NCBI GenBank assembly: GCA_963766715.1
Contig: CAVYBH010000001.1
Location: 64,001-128,000, forward strand
Reading direction: 5' to 3'
Source of the DNA: an uncultured delta proteobacterium
GTDB lineage: Bacteria; Myxococcota; Myxococcia; Myxococcales; Anaeromyxobacteraceae
Length of the DNA stretch: 64,000 nucleotides
In this document: piece by piece, positions 60,250 to 64,000 of the stretch
Layout: each line of letters begins with the position of its first letter
How positions within the stretch are numbered: position 1 is the stretch's first letter
Position numbers and translations under genes: made by a program
Notes under the pieces: generated by a model
Database searches by the model: none
Told to the model about the DNA's origin: nothing
Seen by the model: the letters and a program-made list of their open reading frames with translations, nothing else

Positions 60250-61303
60250 GTGACGATCTCGCGGATCGAGGCGGCCCGTGCCCGCGCCCGCCTCCAGGGC
60301 GCGGTGCGGGCGCACCTGTCCGCGCGCGGCTTCGACGAGGTGGAGACGCCGTGCCTCGTCCCCGCCCCGGGCATGGAGCCGCACATCCGGGCGTTCCAGA
60401 CCATCGTTCGTCCCCGAGACGGCGGGCGCGCTGCGCACGCTCTGGCTCCACTCGAGCCCCGAGTACGCGATGAAGCGCCTGCTCGCCGAGGGGTTCGAGC
60501 GCATCTTCCAGGTCGCCCGCGTCTTTCGCGACGGCGAGGTGTCGTCCACGCACAACCCCGAGTTCACCATGCTGGAGATGTACCGGGCCGGCACCGACCA
60601 CCGGGGCATCATGGAGGACCTGGAGGCGGCGGTGGAGGCCGGCGCCCGGGCCCTTCACCCGGAGGGCGGGACCCGGTTTCGCTGGCGCGGCCACACGGTG
60701 GACTTCGCGGCGCCCTTCGACCGGGTGGAGGTGGCCGCCGCCTTCGCCCGCGCGGGCGTGGATCTGGAAACCTGCGGGACCGACGCCCGGTGCCTGCGCG
60801 CCGCCGCCCTGGCCCGCGGCCTCGACGCCGGCCCGGAGGGGGAGGGGTTCGACGACGTCTTCTTCCGGATCTTCCTGCAGGCCATCGAGCCCGCCCTCGG
60901 CCATTCACGGCCGGTGTACCTGGTCGACTGGCCGGCTCCCATGGCCGCGCTGGCCCGAATCCGGCGCGACGACCCGCGCTGGGCCGAGCGCTTCGAGCTC
61001 TACGCCGCGGGGCTGGAGCTCGCGAACGGCTTCGCCGAGCTGAACGACGCCGCCGAGCAGCGCCGCCGGCTGCTCGCCGAGCAGGGGGAGCGGCGCCGCC
61101 TGGGGCGCCCGGCCTATCCCCTCGACGAGCGGTTCCTCGAGGCGGTGGGGCGCATGCCCGACGCCGGCGGGGTGGCGCTCGGGCTCGACCGGCTGCTCAT
61201 GCTCCTCACCGGGGCCGACCGGATCCGGGACGTGCTGCTCTTCCCGGCCGAGGACTTCCTCTCCCCACCGGACGTCAGGGAACCCGGAGGATCAGGCACT
61301 TGA
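60250..61303 (+). CDS. epmA: EF-P lysine aminoacylase (GenX/PoxA); frameshift near 60405
   Basis: EVETP, LHSSPEYAMKRLL, HNPEFTMLE, ERFELY, ELANGFAEL, GVALGLDRL. Confidence 0.93.
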
Positions 61304-62450
61304 GGTAGCGGCTCTCCGGCATGCCGAGCCGCTCGGGGTGGTCGCGACCCGCGCCCCGGCGCTCCAGCACCTGCACGGCCCGTCCGGCGTCACGCGCGGC
61401 GTCGAGCACGACCTCCTCGAAGGCCTCGGCCGAGACGTGGAAGCTGCACGACGCGGTGACGAGCACGCCGCCCGGGCGGAGCGACTGGAAGGCCCGGAGG
61501 TTCACCTCCTTGTAGCCGCGCTTGGCGGCGTCCACGGAGGCCTTGCCCTTCGCGAAGGCGGGCGGATCGAGGACGATGGTGTCCCAGGACCGCCCCTTGT
61601 CCGCCTCGTCGCGCAGGAAGTCGAAGGCGTTCTGCTCCTCCACCCGCACGTTCCCGGCGCCGTTCAGCGCCGCGTTCTCCCGGAGCATGGCCGCCGCCTG
61701 CGGCTGCATCTCCACCGCCACCACCTCGTCGGCCCGGGCCGCGAGCTGGAGCGCGAATCCGCCCGCGTAGGCGAAGCAGTCGAGCGCGCGCCCCTGGGCG
61801 TACTCGCCGGCGCGCAGGTGGTTCTCCTGCTGGTCGAGGAAGGACCCGGTCTTCTGGCCGGCGAGCAGGTCGAGCCGGAAGCGGATGCGCCCCTCGGCGA
61901 CCTCCACGGGACCGGGGTCGGCGCCGAGGAGGACGCCCTTCACCTGGGCGAGCCCCTCCAGCTCCCGGACCCGGACGTCGTTGCGCTCGAGGACCGCGCG
62001 CAGCCCGAGCTCCTTCGCGAGCAGCGCGGCGATCAGCTCCTTGCGGCGGTCGGTGCCCGGGACGAGCGTCTGGACGACGCCCACGTCCCCGTAGCGATCG
62101 GCCACCAGGCCCGGGAGGAGGTCCGACTCGCCGTGGACGGCGCGCCAGAGGGTCCCGTCGCCGAAGGCCCGGCGGCGCAGCGCCGCGGCGGAAGCGATCC
62201 GGCGCGCGAAGAAGTCCTCGTCGATGGGCTCCTCCTCGCGGGTGAGGAGCCGGATGGAGATCTGGGAGCGCTCCGACCAGAAGGCCTTCCCCTGGAAGCG
62301 ACCCCGGCCGTCGACCAGCGCGACCGCGTCGCCGGAGGCGGCGGGCGGCGGCTTCTCCACGTCCGACTTGTAGACCCAGGGATGGCCCTTCTGCAGCCGG
62401 TCCACCCCCTTGCGCGAGAGGACCGCCACCGGCTCGGCGAAGTGGCTCAC
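61275..62450 (-). CDS. RlmI/RlmK-family SAM-dependent rRNA methyltransferase
   Basis: GHPWVY, GESDLLPGL, GQKTGSFLDQ, LDPPAF, TASCS. Confidence 0.9.
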   Translation of the reverse strand: MSHFAEPVAVLSRKGVDRLQKGHPWVYKSDVEKPPPAASGDAVALVDGRGRFQGKAFWSERSQISIRLLTREEEPIDEDFFARRIASAAALRRRAFGDGTLWRAVHGESDLLPGLVADRYGDVGVVQTLVPGTDRRKELIAALLAKELGLRAVLERNDVRVRELEGLAQVKGVLLGADPGPVEVAEGRIRFRLDLLAGQKTGSFLDQQENHLRAGEYAQGRALDCFAYAGGFALQLAARADEVVAVEMQPQAAAMLRENAALNGAGNVRVEEQNAFDFLRDEADKGRSWDTIVLDPPAFAKGKASVDAAKRGYKEVNLRAFQSLRPGGVLVTASCSFHVSAEAFEEVVLDAARDAGRAVQVLERRGAGRDHPERLGMPESRYLKCLILRVP

Positions 62451-62461
62451 TCGATCTCCCT

Positions 62462-63535
<1,074 letters not shown>

Positions 63536-64000
63536 CTACCGCGGCTGGGCGTCGAGGGCCTTCCTGGCGTCCTCGAGGAGTGCGCGGGTGGAGAGGGGCT
63601 GGCCGGTGGCGTTCTGCATCCAGAGGTCCGGCGTCACGGACCCGAAGGTCGACATGCGCTCGAACTCCGGACCCACCTTGCCGGCCTTCGAGAACCGCTC
63701 CTCCAGCTGGGCGGCGATGATGTGCCCCAGCGGGTAGTCGGCCAGGTAGAGCGGCTCCTCGACCATGTGGCTGTAGACCGCCAGGATCGGGACGTCGCGC
63801 ACGCCGAAGACCGGCGCGTACCAGCGGTTCCAGACCTCCTTCGCCATGGACACCACGGCCTCGCGCAGCTGCGCCGCGGTCGCGTCGGGATGGGCGTAGA
63901 GCCACTTCCAGGCCTGGATGTCGACGAGCGCCACGCCGGCGATCTCGTAGGCGTTCCAGAGGTCCTCGATGGCCTCCAGCCGGCGCTCGGCCTCGGTGGG
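63536..64000 (-). CDS. Partial (C-terminal) protein, M3 peptidase-like helical tail
   Basis: WKWLYAHPDAT…YSHMV…YLADYPLGHIIAAQ…ATGQPLS; the ORF runs off the window edge. Confidence 0.6.
   Translation of the reverse strand, partial: PTEAERRLEAIEDLWNAYEIAGVALVDIQAWKWLYAHPDATAAQLREAVVSMAKEVWNRWYAPVFGVRDVPILAVYSHMVEEPLYLADYPLGHIIAAQLEERFSKAGKVGPEFERMSTFGSVTPDLWMQNATGQPLSTRALLEDARKALDAQPR

Noticed and set aside
61275..61303. Convergent 29-nt 3' overlaps (epmA/methyltransferase; also kinase/ZIP at 11471-11499)
   Set aside because: Common in high-GC genomes with few stop codons; no sign of function.

Overview
Very GC-rich (roughly 70-75% by eye) bacterial chromosomal window. Gene content suggests an Anaeromyxobacter-like myxobacterium (inference). 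It is mostly core genome: a complete dcw cluster on the minus strand (mraZ, a small STAS gene, rsmH, ftsL, ftsI, murE, murF, mraY, murD, ftsW, murG, murC, murB, ddl, ftsQ, ftsA, ftsZ), plus alaS, dusB, trmB, epmA, an RlmI-like methyltransferase, a stand-alone trpB2 and a glutamate-cysteine ligase. Also present are a PDZ/S41 protease, an MltD-like transglycosylase, c-type cytochromes, an ABC transporter, signalling proteins and a giant TPR-like gene running off the left edge. Many genes, including essential ones, carry single-base frameshifts; these look like uncorrected long-read errors, not pseudogenes. I see no mobile element, CRISPR array, rRNA or tRNA. The best candidates for novelty are: (i) a membrane-anchored coiled-coil protein whose head resembles the animal CTHRC1 C-terminal domain; (ii) a long nested inverted-repeat region after alaS and a three-hairpin ~90-nt element at 53.4 kb, both candidate ncRNAs; (iii) a STAS protein without the phospho-Ser inside the dcw operon; (iv) a CGC-motif metallophosphoesterase-like/tetraheme fusion; (v) pervasive leaderless TANNNT promoters. 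All family assignments come from motif recognition by eye; no searches were run.
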